Shown: piece after piece, positions 24,069 through 31,533 of the stretch | How positions within the stretch are numbered: the stretch's first letter is position 1 | Layout: each line of letters starts with the position of its first letter | From: Thermococcus kodakarensis KOD1 | GTDB lineage: Archaea; Methanobacteriota_B; Thermococci; Thermococcales; Thermococcaceae | Assembly (NCBI RefSeq): GCF_000009965.1 | Contig: NC_006624.1 | Coordinates: 1,740,001 to 1,772,000, forward strand | Reading direction: 5' to 3' | DNA: 32,000 bases | Position numbers and translations under genes: made by a program | Notes under the pieces: generated by a model | Seen by the model: the letters and a program-made list of their open reading frames with translations, nothing else | The model's database searches: none | Told to the model about the DNA's origin: nothing

Positions 24069-25169
24069 ATGCCGATGGCCAACATTTTTAACCTGCAGGG
24101 GGAATTCGAAACCATGAACAAGGCCAGGTACACGCAGGACGTCCCTGAGGATAGGATTAAACTCCTGGAGAGTATAGCGAGCTACAACAAGCCGTTTACG
24201 CTCATGGTGGTTGGGGGTGTGGACAGCGGGAAGAGCACGCTAATAACGTTTCTTGGAAACGAACTCCTGTCTCTGGGTTTTAAGGTTGCCGTGGTGGACT
24301 CTGACGTCGGCCAAAAGGGTGTTCTTCCTCCCGGGACGATAAGCCTCGCCATTCCCGAGGGGCCTTTTGAGAGCATGAGCGAGCTTGAGGGAGTGGCACA
24401 CTACTTCGTTGGAACGACTGCTCCCTCACAGTTTATAGGTGAAATGGCAGTTGGAGTAAAACGCATGGTGGAAATCGCTAGAAACGTTGCTGACGTAGTT
24501 TTGATAGACACGACTGGCTTTGTTACGGGTGTTGGGGCGGAGATGAAGCGTCTTAAGGCAGAGCTGGTAAAACCTGACATTATTGCGGTTATTCACTCGG
24601 GAGAACTCTCAGGCCTGGTTAAGGCTCTGGAACCGTATGGGGGGGTAATCGAACTGGCTGTCAGCGAAACCGTGAAGAGATACCCTCTTGAAGAGAGGAG
24701 AAATCTGCGTGCCGAGAAATGGCGGAACTATTTCAGAGACTCCCAGCTTGTTGAGTTCAGCGCATCTGAGGTCGCCATAACTGGCACTTCCCTCTTCCAC
24801 GGGATACCCCTGAACGCTGATGAAAATGAACTCCTTGAGAAGGCCTTTGGGTGGCTGGTAGTGGCTGGCTGGAAGAACAAGGGCTATACCGTCGTTAAGG
24901 CGGACGTTGAGAAGTTCCCGCGTGCTCACTCACGGGAGCTGAAGGCTATCGATTTTGAAAAGCTGAGCAACCTGCTCGTGGGCCTCATAGACGGCGAGGG
25001 TCTGTGTATGGGAGTTGGAGTCCTCAAGTGGATCAACTTCAGCGAGGGAAGACTTCAGATTCTAACTCCCGTTAGAGACCTCTCGGGAGTCAGAGAAATC
25101 CGCTTTGGGCGCATACGGGTCACGGAAGAGGGGGAGGAGCTGGGCCTGTTGCGGCGCGATGAGCTTTAG
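24069..25169 (+). CDS. Clp1/Grc3/Nol9-family polynucleotide 5'-hydroxyl kinase
   Basis: The P-loop is MVVGGVDSGKSTL, followed by VVDSDVGQKGVLPPGTISL, as in the archaeal Clp1 homologs. The start is ambiguous. ATG 24069 is probably too close to the TATA element, so 24075 (leaderless) or 24115 (MNKARY) are plausible. Confidence 0.82.
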   Translation: MPMANIFNLQGEFETMNKARYTQDVPEDRIKLLESIASYNKPFTLMVVGGVDSGKSTLITFLGNELLSLGFKVAVVDSDVGQKGVLPPGTISLAIPEGPFESMSELEGVAHYFVGTTAPSQFIGEMAVGVKRMVEIARNVADVVLIDTTGFVTGVGAEMKRLKAELVKPDIIAVIHSGELSGLVKALEPYGGVIELAVSETVKRYPLEERRNLRAEKWRNYFRDSQLVEFSASEVAITGTSLFHGIPLNADENELLEKAFGWLVVAGWKNKGYTVVKADVEKFPRAHSRELKAIDFEKLSNLLVGLIDGEGLCMGVGVLKWINFSEGRLQILTPVRDLSGVREIRFGRIRVTEEGEELGLLRRDEL

Positions 25170-25213
25170 CAAACCTTTAAAAACTTCCGACAGAATTTAG
25201 TTAGGTGCCCCTA

Positions 25214-26047
25214 ATGGAATTCAAGGCATTCATCGAGATCACAAGACCCCACAACTGTTTGCTTGCTGGGATAGTGGGTGTCTTAGGCTCGATAGTGGCC
25301 GCTGGGGGTCTTCCAGAGCTAAAAACCGCCATCCTCGTGTTCTTGGTGGTTTTCCTTGGGTGTGCGGGCGGGAACACAATAAACGACTACTTTGACTACG
25401 AGATAGATAAGATAAACAGGCCTGAGAGACCGCTTCCGAGGGGGGCCATGAGTAGAAAAGCGGCTCTTTGGTACTCAGTGGCTCTCTTTGCAACTGGTAT
25501 TGTCCTCGCTTGGTTCATAAACATCTGGGACTTCCTGCTGGCTATCGTTGCCTACGTGACAATGTTCATCTACGCATGGAAGCTGAAACCGATGCCTTTT
25601 ATCGGAAACGTCGTTGTGGCCTCCCTAACTGGCGCTACCCCCCTCTACGGTGCAATAGCCGTTGGTGAGATTGGCCTCGCTGGGACGCTCGCCCTGTGTG
25701 CCTTCCTCGTTAACGTCGCGAGGGAGGTCATAAAGGACATAGAGGACATCGAGGGTGACATGGCAAAAGGTGCTAAGACTCTTCCCATACTTATCGGGAG
25801 AAAGAGGGCTGCCTACGTCGGCGCTCTGTTCGCGATTCTGACTGTCGTAGCGTCTTTCCTGCCCATTAAGGCTGGCATAGGCCTTGGCTATCTCGCCATG
25901 CTCCCCGTGGATGCTGTAATACTGTACTCTGCGTTCCTCATACTGAGGTCTCAGGACAGGGAGACGGCTCACCGCGCCCAGATACTCCTCAAGGTGAGCG
26001 TGTTCCTGGCTGTGGTCGCTTTCCTGATAGCTTCGCTCGTGAGGTGA
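25214..26047 (+). CDS. Digeranylgeranylglyceryl phosphate synthase (UbiA-family prenyltransferase)
   Basis: It carries the UbiA motifs NTINDYFDYEIDKINRPERPLP and a second Asp-rich motif (KDIEDIEGD), with about 8-9 TM helices. A TATA-like CCTTTAAAAAC at 25173-25183 makes ATG 25214 or GTG 25205 a near-leaderless start. Confidence 0.88.
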   Translation: MEFKAFIEITRPHNCLLAGIVGVLGSIVAAGGLPELKTAILVFLVVFLGCAGGNTINDYFDYEIDKINRPERPLPRGAMSRKAALWYSVALFATGIVLAWFINIWDFLLAIVAYVTMFIYAWKLKPMPFIGNVVVASLTGATPLYGAIAVGEIGLAGTLALCAFLVNVAREVIKDIEDIEGDMAKGAKTLPILIGRKRAAYVGALFAILTVVASFLPIKAGIGLGYLAMLPVDAVILYSAFLILRSQDRETAHRAQILLKVSVFLAVVAFLIASLVR

Positions 26048-26052
26048 TGGAT

Positions 26053-26433
26053 ATGGATTTTGAGAAAGAACTGATTAGAGAGCTTGAGAAGGACGAACTC
26101 TGGACTGTCATAACGTTCAAGACGCCGCACGGCCCTGGAACGACGATGGAAAAGCTAGCCGAAGCCGTTGAGAAGGCCGGGTGGAGAATAACCTTCAAAG
26201 CCAACTGGTGGACGGCCGACATACCCTACGGTCTCGTCAGGATAGACATGAGAAAGGGAGATAGGGAGAAGATTCTCCTCGGAAAGTGGATACTCGGAGA
26301 CGAGTGCAGGCTGATAAAGCTTGAGAGCCTCGACCTTGAAAGAGGAAAGGACGAGTTTTTCAGGATGGTGGACAGCATCACTTCGACGCTCATACACGAC
26401 CCGGTCATCAGGACAATGAGAGAACAGTATTAA
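26053..26433 (+). CDS. Hypothetical soluble protein (127 aa), coupled to the DGGGP synthase gene
   Basis: The ORF begins inside or just after the upstream stop (GAGGTGATGGATATGG). ATG 26053 lies 5 nt after GAGGTGA. I recognise no family. Confidence 0.5.
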   Translation: MDFEKELIRELEKDELWTVITFKTPHGPGTTMEKLAEAVEKAGWRITFKANWWTADIPYGLVRIDMRKGDREKILLGKWILGDECRLIKLESLDLERGKDEFFRMVDSITSTLIHDPVIRTMREQY

Positions 26434-26443
26434 AAGAAAAAGA

Positions 26444-27250
26444 TCAGAGCGGCTCGTAGAAGCCTATCTCCGGCTCGTAGATCTCGCCGTCGGCGAGGAG
26501 CTGAGTTATTGCCTCTTCTATTATTTCTTCATCAAACTCTGAGGACAGCTTCTTCACGATGAACTTGTGGGACAGGGCCTTGCCCTTCTCCCTCAGGAGG
26601 TTCATGATGGCCTCTTTGGCCTTTTCAACCTCGGGGTTCTCCTCAGTTTTCTCCTCCTCTTCTTCGGTCTCCTCCTCGAACAGCTCTTCCTCAAGGGTCC
26701 TCTGCTCAAGCATCAGGGTGTACAGCTCGTCTATCGTCTGGAGGAGCTCCTCGTCAACACCCTTGTTCTTGGCTATGACTTTAGCCTTGGCAGTTATACC
26801 ATACCTGTCGTATATCTCGAAGGCTATCTTGGCCTTCTCGGCGTGCTCGACCTTCTCCTTGAGGGTCTCAAAGCGGTGGAGTATCCAGAAGTTGGGGCTG
26901 ACCCTGGCAACTCCTTCAACGAGTATCTGCTTGTCGTCGCGCCATTCTGCAACCTTTCCTATGATCTGAACCAAATCACCCTTCTTCACGAGCCTTATGA
27001 AGCGCGTATCATCGCGGAAGCCGAGAACCCATATCGTTCCCGTCCCGTCGTCTATCTGGAACTTTCCGTAGGTCTCGTCGTCGCTTATGACGGGTTCCCT
27101 TACGACGGTGGCGACAACCTTGACACGGTAGACCTTTCTCGCGTCCTTGGTTATGAGGTAGTTCGGCTCAAAGTCGCCGTCGCTCCTGACGTAGTAGCCC
27201 TCGAGGATGTCCCTGATGTAGACCCTGCTCGCTGGTAGGCGCTTCTTCAT
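26444..27250 (-). CDS. rpa32: Replication protein A, 32-kDa subunit (Thermococcales RPA32)
   Basis: There is an OB-fold region (YGKFQIDDGTGTIWVLGFRDD...GDLVQIIGKVAEWRDDKQILVE), an acidic linker and a C-terminal winged-helix-like tail. It is the third gene of the RPA41-RPA14-RPA32 order, with an ATGA overlap to rpa14. Confidence 0.8.
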   Translation of the reverse strand: MKKRLPASRVYIRDILEGYYVRSDGDFEPNYLITKDARKVYRVKVVATVVREPVISDDETYGKFQIDDGTGTIWVLGFRDDTRFIRLVKKGDLVQIIGKVAEWRDDKQILVEGVARVSPNFWILHRFETLKEKVEHAEKAKIAFEIYDRYGITAKAKVIAKNKGVDEELLQTIDELYTLMLEQRTLEEELFEEETEEEEEKTEENPEVEKAKEAIMNLLREKGKALSHKFIVKKLSSEFDEEIIEEAITQLLADGEIYEPEIGFYEPL

Positions 27251-27624
27251 TCCTCACCACCTCCGAAGAACTCGATTATCCCCTCAACCTTCGGAAGGAT
27301 CTTCTTCTCAAGCTCCCTCACTTCCTCAAGGGCCTCGAGGTCTGCATCGCTGAAGTCCTGAACGACCTCGCCGAAGATGTGGATGCCTTCCTCCTCCCTG
27401 ATGACCCTTCCGATTACCCGGACTATCTGGCCGTTCTCCGGGAGGACGTTCTCCTCGCTCTCGACGAGGATCACACCCGTGCCGTCGTCGAGCCAGAAGG
27501 TGTAGTCCATCTTGTCTACCTTAAAGGCCTTCCCGATGAGCGAGACGCGGGTGTCGTCTTCTTTTATCTCGGCTATCTTCCTCTCAACTGCGGGCTTTCT
27601 CCTTCTAAACCTCGTTTCCTCCAT
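27247..27624 (-). CDS. rpa14: Replication protein A, 14-kDa subunit (RPA14)
   Basis: It is a small single-OB protein (FWLDDGTGVILVESE...GQIVRVIGRV). ATG 27624 lies 5 nt after GAGGTGG, and track start 27642 is a TTG. Confidence 0.78.
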   Translation of the reverse strand: MEETRFRRRKPAVERKIAEIKEDDTRVSLIGKAFKVDKMDYTFWLDDGTGVILVESEENVLPENGQIVRVIGRVIREEEGIHIFGEVVQDFSDADLEALEEVRELEKKILPKVEGIIEFFGGGEE

Positions 27625-27634
27625 TTCAACCACC

Positions 27635-28705
27635 TCACTCAAGGCCGTACTCCTTCAGCTCGCGGTAGAGCTCCCTCCTCACGCGCTCTATCTCGGCCTT
27701 TTCGTTAACCTCGTCCCAGCTCCTTGCCTTGAAGAGGGTCCCAAGGAACTTGTCCTCCACGACGCTTCCCCTAACCACGATTTCCTTTCCAATGAGCGGG
27801 TAGTACTCGTCTTCGGCGAGCCTCTTTCCGGCTTCCTTTGGAGTCAGTCCCTCATCTATGAGCTTCTTGAGCTTCTCGTCAATGACTTCTGGCTCTTCTC
27901 CGATCAGCTCCGCCGCGGAGTCGCCGAAGAGAGTTGTCCTGATGTAGCCCGTTGAATCGTCCAGGCCGAAGTCGAGGACCGTTATCTTCACGGGGTTCAC
28001 CGGCCCGTGCTCGGGGCATATCCAAGTGTCCGTTGACGGGTCGTAGTCCACCCTCCTCCTGCACTCGGGGCAGGCGTCGTAAACTAACACCCTGTAGAGC
28101 TTGGCTATCGTTCCGCGGACTTCTACGAAGCGCTCACCGCCCTGAAGCTCCTTTATCTGAACCCTGCGATAGTTATAGCTCCTGACCTCTTCAAGCGGAG
28201 GAATCTCCTCGACGCGCGGGTCCTCCGGGTTCTTGATTATCCTCGTCCTGAAGTTTGCGTGGAGTTCCACGCCCCTCATTCCTTCCTTGACAGTGGGGTC
28301 TATGACCTTGATTACATCGCCAACGTTCAGGTCGTCGTAGTACTTTGCCACCATTGCATCCCAGAGAACGAGCCTCGCCTGGCCCGTGCTGTCGTAAATG
28401 ATAAGGTCGGCCACTCTGCCCGTTGAACCGTCCCTTCTTGTGTATTCCCTCGGCGGAAACTTTCTCTTGATCCTCGCGACTATGTTCACTCCCGTCATCC
28501 CTGGAACGAGGTCTTTGATGTACAGCATCTCCTCTTCCTTTCCGAGGCTTACCCCAAGCTCCTCTGCGAGCATTACGGCGGCAGCGTTTTCCGAAACACC
28601 GTGCATCTTGGCCAGTTCACGTATTTTCTCCTCGATTTCAGACCTCGAAAGTCCTCTCTCCCGGATAATCCGGTTGATTATCTCGTCCTTTGTCAGAACT
28701 TCCAT
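27635..28705 (-). CDS. rpa41: Replication protein A, 41-kDa subunit (RPA41) with zinc-ribbon
   Basis: There are OB folds plus CPECRRRV...WICPEHG (a C4/C3H zinc motif). ATG 28705 (MEVLTKDEII) lies 5 nt after GGTGA. Track start 28732 is a TTG only about 14 nt from the TATA-like CTTTAAATAC. Confidence 0.88.
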   Translation of the reverse strand: MEVLTKDEIINRIIRERGLSRSEIEEKIRELAKMHGVSENAAAVMLAEELGVSLGKEEEMLYIKDLVPGMTGVNIVARIKRKFPPREYTRRDGSTGRVADLIIYDSTGQARLVLWDAMVAKYYDDLNVGDVIKVIDPTVKEGMRGVELHANFRTRIIKNPEDPRVEEIPPLEEVRSYNYRRVQIKELQGGERFVEVRGTIAKLYRVLVYDACPECRRRVDYDPSTDTWICPEHGPVNPVKITVLDFGLDDSTGYIRTTLFGDSAAELIGEEPEVIDEKLKKLIDEGLTPKEAGKRLAEDEYYPLIGKEIVVRGSVVEDKFLGTLFKARSWDEVNEKAEIERVRRELYRELKEYGLE

Positions 28706-28832
28706 AGCACTCACCCTGATAGTAATTGGCAATATGAGTATTTAAAGCTTTCTCCAAGGACTTCGTTGAGGCTAAAGGAGAAAAACTTTGCCCAAAAGCA
28801 GAAATGGGAAAACTATAGGGCCTAGAAAAACT

Positions 28833-29417
28833 TCAATCGGACGGAGCTTCCTCTTCTTTTTCTTCACCTTTGCCCTCAAGTTTGGCCATCAGGTCGCTGT
28901 ATTCGGCATTGACGACCTTTTTGAAGGCCTCCTTTATTAGAACCGGATCGTTCTCAGGGAATCCGTAGAGTTCGGCGAACTTCTTCGTCGTTCCAAGGAG
29001 CTTTGTCCTCTCGTATGGTTCGGCGTAAACCAGGCCCATTTCAACGAGCCGTTTTATGTGTTCGTAGGCCTGACTGCCGCGGAGCTTGATTATCTTGCTC
29101 TGCTCGACCGGCTGGAGGTATGCAATCAGCGCCAGGGTCTTCAGCTCTCCAGTTCTCAGGTCTGGCTTCGGCATGAGGTGGATGACCCTCTGGCTGTACT
29201 CCTGCTTGACCTGCATCACGTACTTGTCCTCGAGCACTCTAACGACCTCTATCGCGCTCTTCCTCTCGGCATACTCGGCCGCTATAAGCTCTATCAGCTT
29301 TTCCAGGTACTCCAGTGATTTTATTCCAAGTGCCTTTGAAAGTTCCTTCAGGCTCAGCGGTCTTCCAGCCACAAAAAGTGCCGCCTCCACGAGGGCCTTG
29401 TCCTCAAGCAGTCCCAT
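28833..29417 (-). CDS. scpB: Segregation and condensation protein B (ScpB)
   Basis: LVEAALFVAGRPLSLKELSKALG and SQAYEHIKRLVEMGLV indicate tandem winged-helix ScpB. ATG 29417 follows GGTGGT. The track extension to 29507 runs into the 5S rRNA gene. Confidence 0.85.
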   Translation of the reverse strand: MGLLEDKALVEAALFVAGRPLSLKELSKALGIKSLEYLEKLIELIAAEYAERKSAIEVVRVLEDKYVMQVKQEYSQRVIHLMPKPDLRTGELKTLALIAYLQPVEQSKIIKLRGSQAYEHIKRLVEMGLVYAEPYERTKLLGTTKKFAELYGFPENDPVLIKEAFKKVVNAEYSDLMAKLEGKGEEKEEEAPSD

Positions 29418-29448
29418 GCTACCACCTGAGGAGAACTTCACCGTAAGA

Positions 29449-29456
29449 TTTATAAA
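29449..29456. promoter_or_regulatory. Palindromic TATA element TTTATAAA shared by divergent scpB and the 5S rRNA-tRNA-Asp unit
   Basis: Its centre lies about 26 nt upstream of the 5S 5' end (29478) and about 35 nt upstream of the scpB ATG (29417). There is no other A/T element in the 60-nt spacer. Confidence 0.55.
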
Positions 29457-29477
29457 CCCATCCTTGGAGTGGTTATC

Positions 29478-29603
29478 GGCACGGCGGCCATAGCGGCGGG
29501 GCCACACCCGGTCTCGTTTCGACCCCGGAAGTTAAGCCCGCCAGCGTTCCCGGGTGTACTGCCCTCCGAGAGGGGGCGGGAAACCGGGAACGCCGCCGGC
29601 CAC
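29478..29603 (+). rRNA. rrf: 5S ribosomal RNA
   Basis: The sequence GGCACGGCGGCCATAGCGGCGGGGCCACACCCGGTCTCGTTTCGACCCCGGAAGTTAAGCCCGCCAGCG...GGGAACGCCGCCGGCCAC has 5S loop motifs and a terminal helix I. The ends are good to within a few nt. Confidence 0.9.
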
Positions 29604-29611
29604 TATCATGC

Positions 29612-29689
29612 GCCCGGGTGGTGTAGCCCGGCCCATCATACGGGACTGTCACTCCCGTGACCCGGGTTCAAATCCCGGCCCGGGCGCCA
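29612..29689 (+). tRNA. tRNA-Asp (GTC), CCA encoded
   Basis: I folded it by hand. The acceptor is GCCCGGG/CCCGGGC, the anticodon stem is CGGGA/TCCCG with loop CTGTCAC, and the T arm is CCGGG-TTCAAAT-CCCGG. It lies 8 nt after the 5S rRNA. Confidence 0.92.
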
Positions 29690-29691
29690 TA

Positions 29692-29720
29692 CAGCCCTTT
29701 GCTTTGCAAAGCGCTGGCGG
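29692..29720 (+). repeat. tRNA 3'-trailer stem-loop motif, copy 1 (CAGCCCTTT-gctttgc-AAAGCGCTGGCGG)
   Basis: It starts 3 nt after the CCA of tRNA-Asp. The GCCCTTT/AAAGCGC arms can pair, with 7 bp and one mismatch. Confidence 0.6.
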
Positions 29721-29876
29721 AATGTTTCTAACTGCTTCTTAAAGACTGTGTTTGAGTTTGAAACTTCTCCGGGCTCTTCTCGAACTTTCCGTATTGAGGA
29801 GCGTATGCTCGCCCGGAAAGCAAGTTCGCTTGGGTTTGCTCTCAAAATATCTTGCTAATTGTGATTTCGAACTTTC

Positions 29877-29899
29877 TTTTTAGCGCTCTTCGAGCGCTA
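29877..29899 (+). terminator. T5 tract followed by a perfect 8-bp hairpin (TAGCGCTC-ttc-GAGCGCTA) in the inter-tRNA spacer
   Basis: I read it directly. It lies mid-way between the two convergent tRNA units and could act as an oligo-T termination site for the + strand unit. Its function is unproven. Confidence 0.35.
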
Positions 29900-29981
29900 T
29901 ACTGTGGGGAAATCCTTTGAATTGGCCAATTGAAAGTAAACCCTCATAAAATAAGCCTGCTTAAAAGCGCATACTCCTCTT

Positions 29982-30009
29982 CCGCCAGCGCTTTCGTAAG
30001 AAAGGGCTG
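29982..30009 (-). repeat. tRNA 3'-trailer stem-loop motif, copy 2 (CAGCCCTTT-cttacg-AAAGCGCTGGCGG on the - strand)
   Basis: It starts 3 nt after the CCA of tRNA-Ala. It has the same 9-nt and 13-nt blocks as copy 1, and only the loop differs. Confidence 0.6.
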
Positions 30010-30012
30010 ATG

Positions 30013-30090
30013 TGGTGGACCGGGCGGGATTTGAACCCGCGGCCTCCGCCTTGCGAGGGCGGCGCTCATACCAGGCTGAGCTACCGGCCC
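30013..30090 (-). tRNA. tRNA-Ala (CGC), CCA encoded
   Basis: The reverse complement is GGGCCGGTAGCTCAGCCTGGTATGAGCGCCGCCCTCGCAAGGCGGAGGCCGCGGGTTCAAATCCCGCCCGGTCCACCA. It has the G3:U70 Ala identity pair and the anticodon loop CTCGCAA. Confidence 0.92.
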
Positions 30091-30118
30091 ACACCCGGTA
30101 TTAGTGAACCCTCCCCTG

Positions 30119-30128
30119 CTTTAAAAAG
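30119..30128 (-). promoter_or_regulatory. TATA-box candidate (CTTTTTAAAG on the - strand) for tRNA-Ala
   Basis: Its centre lies about 34 nt upstream of the mature tRNA 5' end. Confidence 0.5.
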
Positions 30129-30255
30129 TTTTGGTCATGAAATCTAGGGCGTCCAGTGAGCACGGGGAGGTACGTTGTTACACAAAAATGAGTTTATTTT
30201 CCAGTGGAAGGGGTGAGTTTTTAACATCTGGGGGGTCACTACCTCAGGTGGTGGC

Positions 30256-31533
30256 ATGAATCCCCTCGAATTCCATAGGGACAACTTTCCTGGAAATGGG
30301 AAGATAGAGGTCATACCGAAGGTACCAGTTAACAGGGAGACCCTGAGCCTCGCCTACACTCCCGGCGTTGCCGAGCCCTCGAAGGCGATAGCCAACGGAG
30401 CCGATCCAGACGAGTACACCGTCATACCGAACACCGTGGCGGTTGTTACCGATGGTTCAGCAATTCTGGGCCTCGGGGACATAGGGCCGGTCGCCGGAAT
30501 GCCCGTCATGGAGGGAAAAGCTGTTCTCTTCAAGGCGCTCGCGGGCGTGGACGCTTTCCCAATCCTCATTAACACGAAGGACGTTGACGAAATCGTCAGG
30601 ACGGTTGAGCTGATAAGCCCCGGCTTCGGCGGGATAAACCTGGAAGACATCTCAGCACCCAGATGCTTTGAGATAGAGGAGAGGCTGAGGGAGAGGCTCG
30701 ACATACCAGTTTTTCACGACGACCAGCACGGGACGGCCGTTGTAACCCTCGCCGGGCTGATAAACGCCCTGAAGCTCGTTGGCAAAAAGTTCAGCGAGAT
30801 AAAGGTCGCGATCAGCGGCGCGGGGGCGGCTGGGATAGCTATAGCGAAGATCCTCCACAGCGTTGGTGTCAAGGAGATAGTCACCGTTGACAGGAAGGGG
30901 ATAATACACGAGGGCAGGGAGGACCTCAACCCGTACAAGCGCGAAGTCGCGGAATACAACGTCCACGGGATAGAGGGCGGCCTGAAGGAGGCGATGGAAG
31001 GGGCCGATGTTTTTATCGGAGTCAGCGCTGGCGGGATAGTAACCCCGGATATGGTTAGGGCTATGGCCGACGATGCAATAGTCTTCGCGATGGCCAATCC
31101 GATTCCTGAAATAATGCCGGAAGAAGCGAAGAGGGCGGGAGCAAGGATCGTTGCCACGGGAAGGAGCGACTTCCCGAACCAGATAAACAACGTGCTCGGC
31201 TTTCCCGGAATCTTCAGGGGCGCCCTCGACGTTAAAGCAGAAGACATAACGCCAAGCATGAAGCTGGCGGCCGCTGAGGCTATAGCCTCGGTCGTGAGCG
31301 ATGACGAGCTGGGCGAAGATTACATAATCCCCTCTCCGCTCCATCCTGACGTTTTCCCGAAGGAAGCGAGGGCAGTCGCGGAAGTGGCCATGAAAGAGGG
31401 CGTTGCGGGGAGAAAGGTAAGCGGTGAGTGGGTCGAGGAGCACACGAGGAGGCTCAGGGAGTTCTACTCGGCTTTCATCGAACCATTGAACGAAAAAAGA
31501 AAGACCTTCAGCGGTAGAGGGAGTTCCCCCTAG
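30256..31533 (+). CDS. NAD(P)-dependent malic enzyme (short prokaryotic type)
   Basis: [52 protein letters not shown] and a Rossmann GAGAAGIA motif are typical of ~45-kDa malic enzymes. Confidence 0.9.
   Translation: MNPLEFHRDNFPGNGKIEVIPKVPVNRETLSLAYTPGVAEPSKAIANGADPDEYTVIPNTVAVVTDGSAILGLGDIGPVAGMPVMEGKAVLFKALAGVDAFPILINTKDVDEIVRTVELISPGFGGINLEDISAPRCFEIEERLRERLDIPVFHDDQHGTAVVTLAGLINALKLVGKKFSEIKVAISGAGAAGIAIAKILHSVGVKEIVTVDRKGIIHEGREDLNPYKREVAEYNVHGIEGGLKEAMEGADVFIGVSAGGIVTPDMVRAMADDAIVFAMANPIPEIMPEEAKRAGARIVATGRSDFPNQINNVLGFPGIFRGALDVKAEDITPSMKLAAAEAIASVVSDDELGEDYIIPSPLHPDVFPKEARAVAEVAMKEGVAGRKVSGEWVEEHTRRLREFYSAFIEPLNEKRKTFSGRGSSP

Noticed and set aside
29780-29876. A 10-nt direct repeat TCGAACTTTC at 29780-29789 and 29867-29876 inside the spacer.
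   Set aside because: Exact 10-mers recur by chance hundreds of times in a 32-kb window, and there is no supporting structure.
29692-30009. I considered whether the inverted repeat bracketing the inter-tRNA spacer marks a MITE-like non-autonomous transposon.
   Set aside because: I saw no target-site duplication outside the arms. Each arm sits at an identical offset from a tRNA 3' end and folds locally into a conserved-stem, variable-loop hairpin, which is explained more simply as a shared trailer element. I kept the MITE idea only as a minor alternative in the finding.
29469-30094. Track ORFs 29469..29660, 29554..29742, 29636..29845 and 29897..30094.
   Set aside because: They overlap the 5S rRNA, tRNA-Asp and tRNA-Ala genes, and they are open only because of GC-rich structured RNA sequence.
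271-31443. There are dozens of 60-260-aa ORFs in the track lying antisense or out of frame inside the long genes. Examples are 271..549, 1840..2388, 2178..2603, 8407..8721, 12759..13142, 16485..16880, 16718..17140, 26559..26969, 26567..27238, 27512..27955, 29086..29493, 30652..31443 and 30714..31259.
   Set aside because: Each is fully nested in a longer ORF with a clear family assignment or a strong SD/TATA context. Their translations are low-complexity (S/R/P/L-rich), as is typical of shadow frames in GC-rich coding DNA, and they have no start-site signals of their own.
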